A stretch of 63,318 bases of DNA from a virus (taxonomy: Duplodnaviria > Caudoviricetes): IMG/VR virus record IMGVR_UViG_3300032227_001118, positions 1 through 63,318 of that record. One strand, given 5' to 3'. Made by a program: the position numbers and the translations under genes. This document shows positions 43,627 through 59,000 of this stretch, piece by piece (positions within the stretch are counted from its first letter, which is position 1; each line of letters opens with the position of its first letter). The notes under the pieces were generated by a model. It worked only from the letters and a program-made list of their open reading frames with translations, searched no databases and had not been told where the DNA came from.

Positions 43627-46600
43627 ATGATCCCATCAACTAATACAAAACTACTAGTAAGCGAAGATTGGAAAAAAATATACCAATCTTTCAGAAATGC
43701 TGATTTCAAAAGCTATGATTTTGAAACCTTACGAAGAACAATGATTGCTTATCTTCAGGAAAATTATCCTGAAGATTTCAATGATTATATTGAAAGTAGC
43801 GAATATATTGCGTTAATTGATGTTATTGCGTATCTTGGTCAAAATTTAAGTTTTCGTATTGATCTAAATGCCCGTGAAAACTTTTTAGAAACTGCTCAGC
43901 GACGCGATAGTATTTTACGATTAGCACAATTAGTTAGCTATGTTCCTACACGTAACGTACCTGCTTCTGGATTTCTCAAATTAAACTCAGTTTCTACTAC
44001 TGATAATGTATTCGACGGCAATGGTAATAATTTAGCTAACACAACAGTCTTATGGAATGATTCAACGAATTCAAATTGGTACCAACAATTTATTGGCATT
44101 ATAAATTCTGCTATACCTGGTTCATTTATATTTGGAAAACCTTACGACAGAAAAACAATCAATGGAGTTTTAACTGAACAGTATAGAATATCTAGTATCA
44201 ATAGTGATGTTCCGCTTTATAGTTTTACTAAAAACATAAATGGAACTGCTATGAATTTTGAAATTGTTCCGGCGAGCTTTTCTGGAACAACATCAATTTA
44301 TGAAGAACCTCCTCGTCCGGCCAATACTTTTAGTTTTTTATATCGCAACGATAATCAAGGATTTAACAGTGCCAATACAGGATTTTTTGTTCAGTTCTGC
44401 CAAGGTAGTTTGAATAGATCTACATTTAGTTTGGATCGCCCTGTGGCCAATGAAATTATTGGAATAAATTCTCCCAATATCAACAACTCAGACATATGGT
44501 TATGGCAGTTAGATGGTAATGGCGGGTATTCTACTCTATGGACAAGGGTTCCTGATATTGTTGGAAATAATATTATCTACAATAGTATTTCTAAATCCGA
44601 AAGAAACATATACAGTGTTACTTCTAGAGATCAGGATCAAATTGATTTAAATTTTGCCGATGGTAGTTTTGGTAATTTGCCAAAAGGACAATTTGTAATT
44701 TATTATCGACAAAGTAATGGACTTACTTACGTTATTAAACCAGAACAGATGGGCGGTGTTGTAGTTGAAATTCCTTATACCAACAAGCAAGGACAAAGTC
44801 ATTCATTAACACTGAATATGGGTCTTCGCTATACAGTTACCAATAGTGCTGCTGCAGAAACCAATGCCAGCATTCAAAGTAAAGCACCACAGGCATTTTA
44901 CACACAGAACAGAATGATTACTGCTGAGGATTATAACATTGCTCCTCTCACATTGGGTAGCGATATATTAAAAGTTAAAAGTGTTAATAGGATCAGCAGC
45001 GGATTAAGTAAGTATTTTGACCTTAGTGATGTTAGTGGAAAATACAGTAAGACAAATATTTTTGCAGCAGATGGTGTGATTTATAAAAATAATCATGAAC
45101 AAATTTTTGAATTCAATGTTACCAATAGAAATGAAGTACTGGTAATTTTAAAACAAAAACTAGAACCAATTGTGGCATCGAATGCTTTACGATCATTTTA
45201 TTTTGACCAATATGACAGACCAAGTTTAGTCGGATACGGAATATGGAAAGCACCAGTTGCTGGTCAGTCGCGAGGATATTTTTTAGGTCAAACAGAGGAA
45301 TTATCGGGGCCCTTAAATGTAGGAATTTCTACATCAAATAATTTATCGTACATTACCACTGGTGCATTGGTAAAATTTTCAGCACCGACCGGTAAGTATT
45401 TTTCTTCTACTGGTAGGTTGGTCTCTTATCCTGGAAGCAATACTACTAACTATATATGGGCTAGAGTTTTACAAGTAACTGGCAATGGATCCAACGACGG
45501 GCAAGGAGAATTAAACGACGGAACGGGTCCTATAATTCTCAGTAATTATGTTGATAGTGATGCTATTCCTGTTGAGATTATTCCTAATTTTATCAATGTA
45601 TTAAGTAATTCTTTTGAAAATGAACTGGTAAGCCTATGTATTAATAAAAGAAATTTTGGGTTAAGTTTTGACAAATTAACAAGAGTATGGACCATCATTG
45701 TAGATACCAATATAGATTTAATAAATTCTTTTAGTTTAATATATCAAGGTAATGCAGAAAATTCTAATAGAGATGCTAGCTGGCTAATAGCATTTACCTG
45801 GACCGGAAGTAACTATAAAGTTAGATATAGAATAACAGATTATATTTTTGAAAGTGAAAAAGAAACTGCATTCTTTATAGACACCGATTCTATAAATTAT
45901 GATTTTGTCAGCAATACTGTTATAAAAGATCAAATTAATGTACTATCTGTTAATACAATTAGCACAGGCACTTCTTCTTTGAATAAAGACTATAGGTGGC
46001 AGATTGATGGAGCCGTCGTTGAGCCAGATGGATATGTTGAACCTAAAAAAGTGAGAGTAAGTTTTTATGATTATGATAATTCTGGACAAATAACAGACCC
46101 TGACACATTTACTAATATTGTGGAGCCTACCACAACTAACATAGACGGCAATTTAGATAAATTTGTTTATTTTAAACTTTCTTCTGATGGACTAAGATAC
46201 CAACTGCAAGATAGCAATTTATTTTACCCTTTTCCTAGACCTAATAACGTTACAGAGACTCCAAACGACGGGGATCTTTATTATTTTTATGATCAAAATT
46301 ACAATGTTATAAAAAGTTATTCGGCCGAACTAGCCGATACATCGGATCCATGGATATATGAACCAAATTATTTTGCTTATCCTGGGAGATCAGGTTTAAA
46401 ATTTCATTACACACATAATAGTGGAGAGGATCGTAGAATTGATCCTAGTAAAAGTAACATTATAGATGTATACTTGCTAACTGCGTCTTATGATATTGCT
46501 TACAGATCTTGGTTGATAAATGGAACAGGCACAGAACCCATAGCACCTACTAGCCAAAGTTTAGAACAAAATTTTGGTGGAAAGCTGGATTTAATCAAAT

Positions 46601-47028
46601 CTATTAGTGATGAAATTGTTTTTCAGCCTGTAAAATATAAAGTATTATTTGGGGATTTGGCAGATATCAATCTTCGGGCAAAATTTAAGGCAGTAAAAAA
46701 TCCAGCAATACCAGTTAGTGATAATGAATTAAAGAGTCGTATATTAATTGCCATACAAAATTTCTTTGGTTTAGAAAATTGGGATTTTGGTCAGAGTTTT
46801 TATTTCAGTGAATTAGCAACATATATAATGAATATAATGACTCCGGATATCACAAACTTTGTAATTGTCCCTACATCTAACAATAATTTTGGAAGTCTAT
46901 ATGAAGTGGCTTGTTTAACTAATGAACTGTTTATCAATGGTGCTACTGCCAATGATATAGAAATAATTTCAGCAATAACAGCCAATCAGCTAAAAACCAG
47001 TTCGATAGTAACCGATAGTGGAAGTTAA
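43627..47028 (+). CDS. gp6: Baseplate wedge protein gp6
   Basis: DFETLR..MI.YL, ENFLETAQRRDSILRLA..VSY.P.R, FADG.FGNLP, AP..FYTQNRMITAEDY motifs. Confidence 0.9.
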   Translation: MIPSTNTKLLVSEDWKKIYQSFRNADFKSYDFETLRRTMIAYLQENYPEDFNDYIESSEYIALIDVIAYLGQNLSFRIDLNARENFLETAQRRDSILRLAQLVSYVPTRNVPASGFLKLNSVSTTDNVFDGNGNNLANTTVLWNDSTNSNWYQQFIGIINSAIPGSFIFGKPYDRKTINGVLTEQYRISSINSDVPLYSFTKNINGTAMNFEIVPASFSGTTSIYEEPPRPANTFSFLYRNDNQGFNSANTGFFVQFCQGSLNRSTFSLDRPVANEIIGINSPNINNSDIWLWQLDGNGGYSTLWTRVPDIVGNNIIYNSISKSERNIYSVTSRDQDQIDLNFADGSFGNLPKGQFVIYYRQSNGLTYVIKPEQMGGVVVEIPYTNKQGQSHSLTLNMGLRYTVTNSAAAETNASIQSKAPQAFYTQNRMITAEDYNIAPLTLGSDILKVKSVNRISSGLSKYFDLSDVSGKYSKTNIFAADGVIYKNNHEQIFEFNVTNRNEVLVILKQKLEPIVASNALRSFYFDQYDRPSLVGYGIWKAPVAGQSRGYFLGQTEELSGPLNVGISTSNNLSYITTGALVKFSAPTGKYFSSTGRLVSYPGSNTTNYIWARVLQVTGNGSNDGQGELNDGTGPIILSNYVDSDAIPVEIIPNFINVLSNSFENELVSLCINKRNFGLSFDKLTRVWTIIVDTNIDLINSFSLIYQGNAENSNRDASWLIAFTWTGSNYKVRYRITDYIFESEKETAFFIDTDSINYDFVSNTVIKDQINVLSVNTISTGTSSLNKDYRWQIDGAVVEPDGYVEPKKVRVSFYDYDNSGQITDPDTFTNIVEPTTTNIDGNLDKFVYFKLSSDGLRYQLQDSNLFYPFPRPNNVTETPNDGDLYYFYDQNYNVIKSYSAELADTSDPWIYEPNYFAYPGRSGLKFHYTHNSGEDRRIDPSKSNIIDVYLLTASYDIAYRSWLINGTGTEPIAPTSQSLEQNFGGKLDLIKSISDEIVFQPVKYKVLFGDLADINLRAKFKAVKNPAIPVSDNELKSRILIAIQNFFGLENWDFGQSFYFSELATYIMNIMTPDITNFVIVPTSNNNFGSLYEVACLTNELFINGATANDIEIISAITANQLKTSSIVTDSGS

Positions 47029-47030
47029 CA

Positions 47031-50000
47031 ATGGCCGCTAAAGATATTAAATCAATTAATTTATTACCTGAGTTTTTAAAAACTGACAAGAATTCTAAAT
47101 TTTTAGCCAGCACACTTGATCAATTAATTAATCCTGCTCAACTAGAAAGAATAGATGGATACATAGGATCTACGCAAACTGTTAATTATAATGCCTCTTC
47201 GGATATCTATATTTCTGAAACAACACAGTTACGTAGAAATTATCAATTAGAACCGGCCTGTGTCATTAAAGATAGTTTAGGAACAGTTAACGATGTAATA
47301 GGTATAGATGATCTTACCAACGAGATTGTGTTGAATGGTGGTTATTCCGATAATTTTGATAGATTATACAGAAGTAATTTTTATTCATATAATCCTCACA
47401 TCGACTGGGACAAATTTTTAAATTATCAAAATTATTATTGGTTAGTGAACGGCCCCGATGATGTGGTCATTAATAACACCGGCACACAGGCATTGAATAT
47501 TGCAACTAATATTCTTACAACATCCAGTTATATCTATAACGGTATTAATCTGTTAAATGGAATGAAGGTGAGATTCTTAGGAAATATTTTTCCCGAGTAT
47601 TATCGAGATCAAGACTTTTTTGTCGAAGGTGTTGGGTATCAAATAAAATTAATACCTTATGTTGACCTATATTCGTCCGAGGACATCACAACTCTCTATA
47701 TTGAACAGTTTGATGCTACCCCGTTTGATGAATATCCTTTTGACGGTTATAAAAATCTACCTGAAAATATTGAATATGTTACAATCAATAGAGCCAGCAA
47801 AGATCTAAATTCTTGGTCAAGATATAATCGGTGGGTTCATAAAGATGTTATTACGGCCAGTGCCAGGTCTACCGGGCAGCAACCAGTATACCCATCTGAT
47901 AAAAGAGCCAGACGCCCTATTATTGAATTTAATGCAGATTTAAAATTATTTAATTATGGTAGTATAGGAATTTCTGATATTGATTTAATTGATACAACTA
48001 CCACCGATGTGTTTAGTACTGCAGAAGGATCTCCTGGATATTATGTTGACGGAGTTTTATTAGAACAGGGGCATAAGGTTATCTTTGCTGCCGATACTGA
48101 TAGTACAGTTCGTAATAAAATCTATCAGGTTAATTATATTGTTATTCAAAATAAAACAAGATTAACTCTTAAAGAAATAATAGCACCTGCAACAGGGGCG
48201 GTAACTAGCATTGTTCTTGGCAACAATCATGCCGGCACCAGTTGGTGGTATGATGGAGATAAATGGATATACGCCCAGCAACATACCACTATAAATCAAG
48301 CACCGTTATTTGATCTTTTTGATAATCAAGGACATAGTTATAGCGATATCAATTTTTATAAAAGTAATTTTGCCGGAAATAAAATATTTGGATACGAAAT
48401 AGGAACTAACTACGATCCTATCTTACAGTTTAACATAAAGTATAGAAACAGTGTAGGAACTGGTAGTTATCTATTCAAGAATTATTTTATGACCGATACA
48501 ATTTCAATATCGGTTAATAGTTTAACTACTGAAATAATTTCCACAGGTATTACATATTTTAAATTTGGCAATCAGTATGTTAATGTTTGGTCAGCGACCG
48601 ATCATTATCCTATTCCAAAATTGATATCTTCTGAAACCGGCGATACTTATTATGAACCTCCATTAGGATTAACTAATAATCCGTTAAATGGACCAATTGA
48701 CAGTTTTACATTGAGCGAGATAGAAGATCACCTTAATAATAGTCAGCGTAGACTAATTTCAAATATAAATCCGTTGGTCTTTGCCCAAATATTTATTGGT
48801 AAAAAAGAACATAGTTTAATTGATGCATTAGATGGTGCAGCAAAACAATATAACCAATACAAGATGGCCTTCTTAAGAAAGATAGCACAGATTGACAATC
48901 AGACCGATCCTATTGCTGCTGTAGATCAAGTTCTTAAAGAATTAAATGCTGAGAAAGATACACTAAGCCCTTATTATCTATCAGATATGGCTCCGTACGG
49001 CACAGACAAAATTGTAAGAACATGGACAGTTAATAACAATAGAAATAAGATTTATCCAATCACATCTGATTATGATCCAACCGCTCTATCCATGCGATCA
49101 GTGTTGGTATATCTCAATGGAGTACAATTAATCCGTGATAATGAATATCAGTTTGAAATCAATGATTCCAGTATTAAGATATTGGTTGATTTAGCAGTTG
49201 GCGACACTATTGTTGTAAATGATTACACAAATACTATTGGTAATTTTGTTCCGTCTACTCCTACTAAATTAGGTCTTTATCCTAAGTATGTTCCTGCAAT
49301 TTTTAATGATCCAACCTATGTGGATGAAGACATAAAGGTTATTCAAGGACACGACGGTAGCCTAATGGTTGCCTATAATGACTATAGAGATGATATTATT
49401 TTAGAATTTGAAAAGCGTATTTTTAATAATATCAAAGCTGCTTATCGCAAAGAGTTATTAGATTATAACACTGTTATTCCTGGTGCATTTAGAACTACTC
49501 AATATAGTGCCGATGAAGTAAAAGGCATAATTACTGGTGATTTTAACAACTGGGCAGGGCAATATGGTATAGAAATTACCAATAATTCTGCATTTGGTGA
49601 AGATAATCCTTTTAGTTGGAATTATACAAATACCTATAATTCAACAGTGAATATCAACCTAACAGGTAGTTGGCGTGCAGTTTACAAATATTTTTATGAT
49701 ACAGATCGCCCGCATTCACATCCTTGGGAAATGCTTGGTTATACTGAAAAGCCAACCGGGTGGGATTTAAATTACAGTTGGATCGATCCGGTTAAAAGAT
49801 CTGCGTTAATTAGTGCAATTACACGAGGTAGCTTATCAAGTTCTGCCAATTCAATTTATGCTCGTCCTGGATTTAGTTCAATAGTTCCGGTTGATGAGTT
49901 TGGTGATTTATTAGATCCTACAGAATTGATTGTTCAACCTAATAGCATAACTCCTACTAAAATTAGAAGTGTATGGGCATTTAATCAACAAGGACCTGCG

Positions 50001-53000
50001 GAAACTGCATGGCGCCGTAGTAGCTATTGGCCATTTGTATTACAGAAATTATTGGCATTAACTCGCCCTGCTGACTATGCTGCTTTGTTATATGATCCCA
50101 TTAGACTTACAAAAAATATCGCCGGTCAATGGACCTATGGCAATAATTATCAGTTCCTAAGTCCTACTATAGTTAAAATACACGGCGACGAAAGCAACCT
50201 AACAACTGGATATTCTGTGTTTGTCAGCGAGCACGGACGATCAAGAACTGGAAACTACATACAAGAATTAAAAAGCGATCTAAAGTATCTCGACTTTAAT
50301 TTATTCTACAAGGTCGGAGGATTTATCAGCAAAAATAAAATGCAGATTATTATCGATGCCATTGATCCTACCAGTTCCAGTTCAGGAGCAATATTGCCAC
50401 CTGAAGATTATAATCTCATTTTAAACACCAGTAATCCTGTTAAGACAACATCAATCTCGGGTATTATTGTTCAAAAGTCTAATGGAAAGTTTATAGTTAG
50501 AGGGTATGATAATTATAGACCGTACTTTAATATCTATCCTGCAGTTCGTAATGCCACCACTCCTACTATCACTATAGGTGGAGTTTCTCAGCCTTATGTT
50601 TTATGGAAATCAAGTTCGTCGGGTGGCAATACTGGATTAAACGATGCCGATGTTACTACAGCACAATCGGCAACCTACGGAGTATTTTATCAAGTAGGTC
50701 AAATAGTTTCATACGGTGATAGATTTTACAGAGTAAAAATTAATCACAAAAGCGGAGATACATTCAACCCTAATTATTTCCAGTTACTTCCATCATTGCC
50801 AATCGACGGCGGAGTCAGTGTTCAAACTGCCATTAGATATGACAAAGTTGTTGTTCAAGTTCCTTATGGAAAAGAATTTGATAGAATCCAGGAAGTTTAT
50901 GATCTTATTGTTGGATATGGAGCATGGTTAGAGGATCAAGGATTTATTTTTGATCAATTCAATGACGATCTTCAAGTAATATTAGATTGGAAATTTTCAG
51001 GCAATGAATTTTTATTTTGGACCACACAAAATTGGGCAGATAACAGTGTAATTACACTAAGCCCATTTGCTGACCAAGTTAAATTTTATTCAGCCGATAG
51101 CATGGTTGATAATATTTTTGACAAGTTTTATCGCCGTTCGGTATTACAGGTCAATGGAAAATCTATTAGGCCAAGCAATTTAAGTGTGAATAGGGATAAT
51201 GGTATATGTACCATTCGAACCAGTAATACCCCACAGGGTATATATTTTGCTGTGCTTAATAATGTTCAGAAAGAACATGCTATGTTATTTAATAACACTA
51301 CAATGTTCAATGATACTATCTACGACATAGAAACCGGATACCGCCAGCGCAGAATGAGATTGGTTGGATTTAGAACAGCCGGGTGGAACGGTGATTATTT
51401 TAGTCCGGGATTTATCTATGATGCTGCTGTAGTTAACAATTGGAAAACCTATACTGATTATAGACATGCCGATATTGCTATATTTAATGGAAATTATTAT
51501 TCGGCCAATCAAAATATTGTAGGTGCTGCCGAATTTGATTTTAATAAATGGACTTTGCTGAGGTCCAAGCCTACTGCCGATCTTATTCCTAATTTTGATT
51601 ATAAAATCAGTCAGTTTGAGGATTTTTATAGTTCAGATATTGATAATTTCGATCCAGCACAACAGAAGATGGCCCAACATCTTACTGGTTATACTCCTAG
51701 AGTTTATCTAAACAATATCTTTACCAACCCTATTAGTCAATATAAGTTTTATCAAGGCTATATTAAAGAAAAGGGCACTCGCAATTCTATTGCTAAATTG
51801 GCCAAAGCCAGTATTCATAATCTGCAAGGCGAAATTGATTATACAGAAGAGTGGGCATTTAGAGTAGGGCACTATGGGTCTTATGAAACATTTAAGGAAT
51901 TAGAAATACCCTTAGTAGAAGGGAAATTTATAGAAAATCCACAAATTATTAAATTTACCGACGAAGTCCCGGCAGTTCCTAATGATTTAATCTATTATAG
52001 TACAGCAACCAGCTGGTCCATTATCCCTACGGATTACGTTGCTACTTCAACCTTTGTCACTACTCTTGGTACTGATATTTTTCAATTGCCCATTGCTGGC
52101 TATGTGAATTTTGATGATATTGATTATACAGCATATAATGAAGATGATGTATTATCTATTTTAAATTCTGGTACAAGTATAAAACGTGGAGATACGGTTT
52201 GGGTAGCAGCCAAAAAGAATAATGATTGGGGTGTGTTTAGATATGCGTTATCCAGTTCTAGAATAATCGGAGTCAGAGCGGAATCGGGAACTACTGGCGA
52301 ACTCACGATAATAACAGATAAAACTCATTATCTATCTAAGGGGGATATTATCTCCATTTACGAATGTGATAGCAGAATTGATGGAATTTATATGGTAAAA
52401 TCCGTCAGTAATAATGTTACAGAGTTTGCCATTGATTACCCAACTCCTGCAGTAATTACAAAATTGGAATCAACTGGATTGCTTTTTAAATTTGTTAATT
52501 CTCGATATAATTCTTATGACGAATTACCGGCTGATAACACACTATTACAATTTCCGATTAAAACAAAAGTATGGGTAGATAATGACGGAACTGGCGATTG
52601 GGTTGTTTATGAAAAAGTAAAGAATTACAATAGATATTCAGTTTATGGATCAAGCTCGATGGCCAATGAAAAATTAGGATGGAGTTTAACCAAGGCTAAA
52701 CGCTCAAATATCTTCATGGTTGGTGCTCCTGGATATAAAACTACCAATAACACAGGAACAGTATTTGTCTATGCTGAAAAAGATAACAGTATCGAAGTTA
52801 AAATTCGATATAGTCTTAATACAAATTCTCTAACTTATCATGTGCCAGGGGGCAATGCTGAATTTGGTTATTCTTTGGCATATGACGATAGGGAATTTAT
52901 AGGTGCTACAGGGCCGTCTGGATATGGATTATTTTTTGCCGGAGCTCCGGGTGCTAGTGGAACCAAATCTAATGATCCTAACGGTAATGTTAGATATGCA

Positions 53001-56000
53001 TATAATACAGGAACTATAAGCACTTTTATACAAGAAGGCGCAGTAAAAATCAGTGTAATTGATCCCTTCTCGGACGAAGAATATACCAAACATGTTTTAT
53101 TGAGCCCTAATCCGTCAAGTTACGAAAGATTTGGACACAGCCTTTATCTTCAACAAACAACGATCGATTTTACAAAATTGCTGCTTGTTGGAGCACCACA
53201 GATTTATAATCGAGGAACCGGGAATGTTTATGCGTATTTTATAAGTGATTATACTGATATTGTTGATGGAACAATTACTGAGTTATATTTTGAATACCAT
53301 GTATCAGTTGTTGCTTCGGGTATAACATTAGCACCCGGGGATCGATGGGGATATTCGATCAGCGGGTCTGATGATGCTGGAATTGTGGCGATCAGTGCCC
53401 CGGGACATTTAAACAATGCTGGAGTAGTTTCAATCTTCGCCGGAACATATCTGGATCATGTTCAGAATATTAATTCGCCATTTGGTAAACATGGTAAGTT
53501 TGGGGAAGTTGTTAAAGTTTCCCCAGATGGCTCATATTTGTTTGTTTCGGCAATAGATGCCAGGGGAGTTGATCAATCCTATGGTAAAGTTGCCGTATAT
53601 ACAATGACCAATAGCCTATTTGTATTGGATAGTATTTTAGAAAATCCATTACCGACTGTTGGAATGAAGTTTGGTCGGGCAATCGATATCAACGATAGTA
53701 ATACAGAATTGGTCATTTCTGCCATAGGTAAAAATAAACAAATTGTTACAACGTTTGATACCTATAAAGATCTTTTACCATTAGCTGATCAACCAGATCC
53801 TACTACACTGTATGCTAAAAATCCAGATAGTATTATTCTTGCCGAACCTACAATATTTGATGCTGATTCTACAGCTTTCTATGATTCTGCTGTCGAGTCG
53901 GGTTCTGTGTATATCTACAATAGAAAAACAAATAAATTTAGATTAACCTATGATCTTGCTCCTGTAAATGTTAGTGCTGGGACCAATTATGGATATAGTG
54001 TAGCTGTTAATACCAATAGTATCTACGTTGGTGCTCCTGCCTATAGTAGTAATACGCCGAGTGCTGTTCATCAATTTTATAAAATAAATAAAGAGTCCGA
54101 TAGTCTTCGAGCAATTAGAAATCAAAATCGATTAATAGATTCGAATACTATACAGAAAATTTCTATAATTGATTCTTTCAATGAAGAAGTGATTGATTAT
54201 ATCGATATCATTGACCCAGTAAAAGGTAAGATTGCTGGACAAGCAGATCAAGACATAAGATACAAATCTTCAATTGATCCTGCAATATATTCAACGGGTA
54301 CTAATGCTACAGTTAATGACATTAATAACAATTGGTTAGATAGTCATGTCGGGGAGTTATGGTGGGATCTTGGCACAGTAAAATATATTTGGTATGAACA
54401 GGGCGATGTAACCTATAGAAAAAATAACTGGGGTAGAGTATTTCCCGGTTCTAGTATTGATATATATGAATGGGTAGGAACCCCATACTTACCTAGTGAA
54501 TGGGCTCAACTTGCTGACACGGTAGCAGGCTTATCGCAAGACATCAGTGGTCAACCTAAATACCCCGACAATTCTGTAGTGTCTGTTAAACAAGTTTATA
54601 ATTCTGCTACCTTATCATTTGAAAACAGATACTATTTTTGGGTAAAGAATAAAGTAACATTACCTAATGTAAAAAATAGAAGAATAACTGCTAACCAGAT
54701 TACAAAAATTATAGTTGATCCAACTTTGTATGGATTAAAATACGCTGCAATCATCGATCGCGATTCTATGATATTATCTAACTTGGGCGATACTTTAATT
54801 GATGATAGAATACATATTAATATTACCAGTGATATTATTAATAATCCTATTCCCCTACATACCGAATGGTTATTACTACAAGAAGGATTAGCTACCAGTA
54901 GACCAAATACTTTGTTAGAGAAAAAACTATTTGACAGTTTATTAGGACATGATAGTTTAGGTAATCCTGTTCCTGATCCTGTATTATCGCCTCGAGCCAG
55001 ATATGGAATTAGCATACGACCGCGGCAGACATTATTTAAAAATAGATTTGAAGCTATTAGAAATATTGTTGAATTTGCCAACAGTGTATTGATTACCAAA
55101 TGTATTATTGGTAATTATAGTTTTACTAATTTAAATAAGCAAGAAACTGTTCCATATCAAGAAATTAACAGATATGATGAAATAGTTGAGGACAACGAAG
55201 GATTATTACTTGTTAATACCAGAAATTTTGTAAAGGCCCAACTTTCGTGCAAAATAACAAATGGTAAAATAATTACTGTTAGTATTGTTAATCCTGGGCG
55301 AGGTTATAAAACAGCCCCTATAGTTAAAATATCAAATAATACAGATTCTTTGGCAGAAATTAAAACAGTTATTAATGAGTCTGGCAGTGTAATTAATACT
55401 GAAATAGTCAATGCTGGGTCTAAATTTACAACAGCACCCGAATTGGAAGTTAGATCTTATACAGTAATTGTGTTAGCAGATAATGAAAATAATGGCAAGT
55501 GGAGCGAGTTTGTCTATGATGTTTCAAATAAACTATGGGCAAGGTTACATACGCAACAGTATAATACAACGCTATATTGGGAATATCGAGATTGGATTAG
55601 TCCTGATTATAATCCATTTATAGATTATTACTATACTGTTGACGAAATATACGAATTAGAATTATTAGAAGATATACAAGCCGGCGACTATGTTAAAGTT
55701 AAAAATGGTGGATTGGGATATTATATTATTCTGGAAAAAACTGCTAATGGTACAATAGGCGATTTCAGCAAACAATTTAATATTCTTTACAGTGAAAATG
55801 GAACAATTCAGATATTAGATACTGTATGGAATGTTGTTAATAGCAATCTTAATTTTGACCAAAATCGTAGTTATGATCAAACATTATATGATCAAACTCC
55901 TGATACTGAATTAAATTATATTCTCATAGCATTAAGAGATGATTTGTTTATTAATGAATTAAAAATAAATTGGAATTTACTATTTTTTAAAGCGGTAAAA

Positions 56001-59000
56001 TATGCGTTGAGCGAGCAGAAGTTATTAGACTGGGCATTTAAAACATCTTTCATTAATGTAGTAAACAATGCTGGAAGTTTAGATCAACGTTCAGTTTACA
56101 AGTTACAAAATGCCAAATATTTTGAAGATTATATCAAAGAAGTAAAACCCTATCATACCAACATTAGAAGTTTTACAGCAAAATATAGTGTATTAGAATC
56201 CAGTGGATCTTATGTTACTGATTTTGACCTCCCTTCATACTACGATCGGGATACTAACGAATTTACCAGTATAGAAATTCGTGCCAGCGAAAGTTCCTCT
56301 ACATTTACCATAACCAATACATTGACTAATGTTTACCCATGGAAGGCATGGACAGACAATTATCTAACCAGTGGAACTGTTAGAACCAATCTTATTGGGG
56401 TGAAATTTGATAGAATCAGTAGAGGTCCGGAGATTGATAACCTTCGAAAAGTTGATAATTTTGTTTGTAATGGTTCGAATACTTCATTTGTATTGAGTTG
56501 GGAAGCAGAACCTGATAAATCTTTAATTACCATTACAGTAGGGGGTGCTTTGGTATTGGCATCGGACTACTCAATAACTTATTATGAAGAAGATTATGGA
56601 CAATTTCCTGGGGAGTATCGTAAAAATAGGTGCAAAATTGTATTTTTAAATTATGCTCCGCCAGATGATCAAATTTTAACGGTATCTTATTATAAGAAAA
56701 CTAGTTTATTAAATGCCACTGATAGAATTTTAAATTTTTACACAGCAACATCTGGCATGCCGGGACTTGATCTTGGCCAACTAATGACTGGAATTGTTTA
56801 TCCAAAGACTCGAGTCGAAGGATTAATGTTTGATTACACTACCGATTGGGACATATACCCTGGTTATGGGGCGTCCTCGTATGCTGATAGTGTTGGGTTT
56901 TATACCAGCACAACTTCGACCTCTGCTTCTACTCAAAGCGGAACATGGACATCAATTCAATTATCTGATTTAACCGGAATTTCAGTAGGTCAGTATGTCA
57001 ATGTATCCAGCATGTTAACACAAATATTTACAACTGCTACAGTTAGAGTAATTAATATAAACACAACAACTAATGTTGTTACCTTTAATACTACAACCTT
57101 TGAGACAATTACAACCGGTTCTAATATAGAATTCTGGACATTAGATTCTGATATGAGTATTCTTGATAGTGCTATTGTAGGCGGAACATGGAATTCTTTT
57201 AATAGAGTTGATGCACTAGGAATCAATCCTGAAGATATCACAATCGATGGCGAAGGATTTATTACAGCTAATACCAGTCATGCACCTGAAGAATTAATAC
57301 CTGGAGAAGTTAACGAGAGTGTAGGTATAAATGTTTATACTAAAAATCCTCAAGGTGCTCCTGTTGTATTAAGCTCGAACATCGATATTGTTGCCGGTAC
57401 AACTTCTACTCAAACATTAGGAATAGTTCCGCCTAGCATTGATAATATTATAGTAACATTTAACAATAATATCTTTACATATATTACAGGCACCAATTTT
57501 ACTACCAGCACCTATACCATCGATTGGGCTACCAATCAAATTATTATACCTCCTCAGCCAGTGAGTGGTAATTTAGGTTATACTATTGTTAGTATCGGCG
57601 GTGGAAGACCGGATAGGGAAGCCGGGGTGATAGATTCAGCCAGTATTTCTATAATAGGAACTTCCACAGTTCAAGTACAGAGTTTATCTTCTTACCAAAC
57701 AATAAAAAGTGCTTATGTAACAGTTAATGGACAAAAGATTGAATCTACTGGAACAACTGGGATATATTATCAATTAACTTATGCTAGTTCAATTAATCGT
57801 AGAGCTGCTGTTAATGTATACAATCTTCCGGTAAATAAAACTAATACTGTAACAGCATGGTTCTTTGGCACCTTTAATAAGTATTTCAATGAAGTCAGGG
57901 AAGAAACATTCCCAATTACTGGCGGCACTTATTATACATTATCATACCCGCCCGGGGATATTGAACCTGTGGCCGAACAAGCAATTGTAGAATTATACGA
58001 CCCTGCTACAGGACAACGCAATATTCTCAGACCGCCTCATGCTGAATATCATACGGTACTTAATGATTACAGCACCACATTCTCAATTAACAATATAGGA
58101 ACTTATTCTTTAGGAAGTAAACTACGAGTATATGTTAATGAAGTAGAACTTAAACCGGGATTTGAATATAGTGTAATCGGCGGTACACAGATTGCCATTA
58201 ACTTTGGTATTTGCCGGGTCGGTGATGTGGTTGCTATACTATCAAAGCCGACACCTCCTAATTATGATTACGACATTGTTGGTAATATATTAGCATTGGA
58301 GCCGGGTTTCCCTACTAGTAAACAGATTAAAGTCATCACCTATAATAATCATGACGATATGTTTATCAGAACCGAGCAGTTTATAGGGTTAGCCGGTCGT
58401 AGGTATCAAATTAGCAGACCTGCTCTTAATAACAATTATGTTTGGGTCATTGTCAACGGAATTCCTCTTGTTAACATAATAGATTATGAAATATTGGACG
58501 ACATGGTCACTATTCAAATAAGTTCTAAATTTGAGCATACAGCAAGTGATAAAATAACAATTATTTCTATTAGCGATTCACCGTTAGCTACTACTATACT
58601 AGGTTATAGATTATTCAACGATATTTTTAATAGAACACATTTCAAGAGATTAAGTAAACAAAATACTACCTATCTAACAAGACCATTATCATTTACTGAT
58701 ATCGAAATACATGTAGCAGATGCTAGCGTATTAACTCCTCCTTTTGTAGCCAAAAATATGCCGGGCGTAGTAATTATCGACGGAGAAAGAATAGAGTTTT
58801 TTACTATAACAAATAATATTCTTGGACAACTACGTAGATCAACATTAGGAACAGCACCTAGTTTTTATAGTGAAGAAAATACCAAGGTTATTGATCAAGG
58901 ACTAGATCAAACTGTGCCTTACAGAGAAAACATCTACAAACAAATATTATTAACCTCTGCATCGACAAATACCTATTCTATCAGTGCCATTGATTATGTT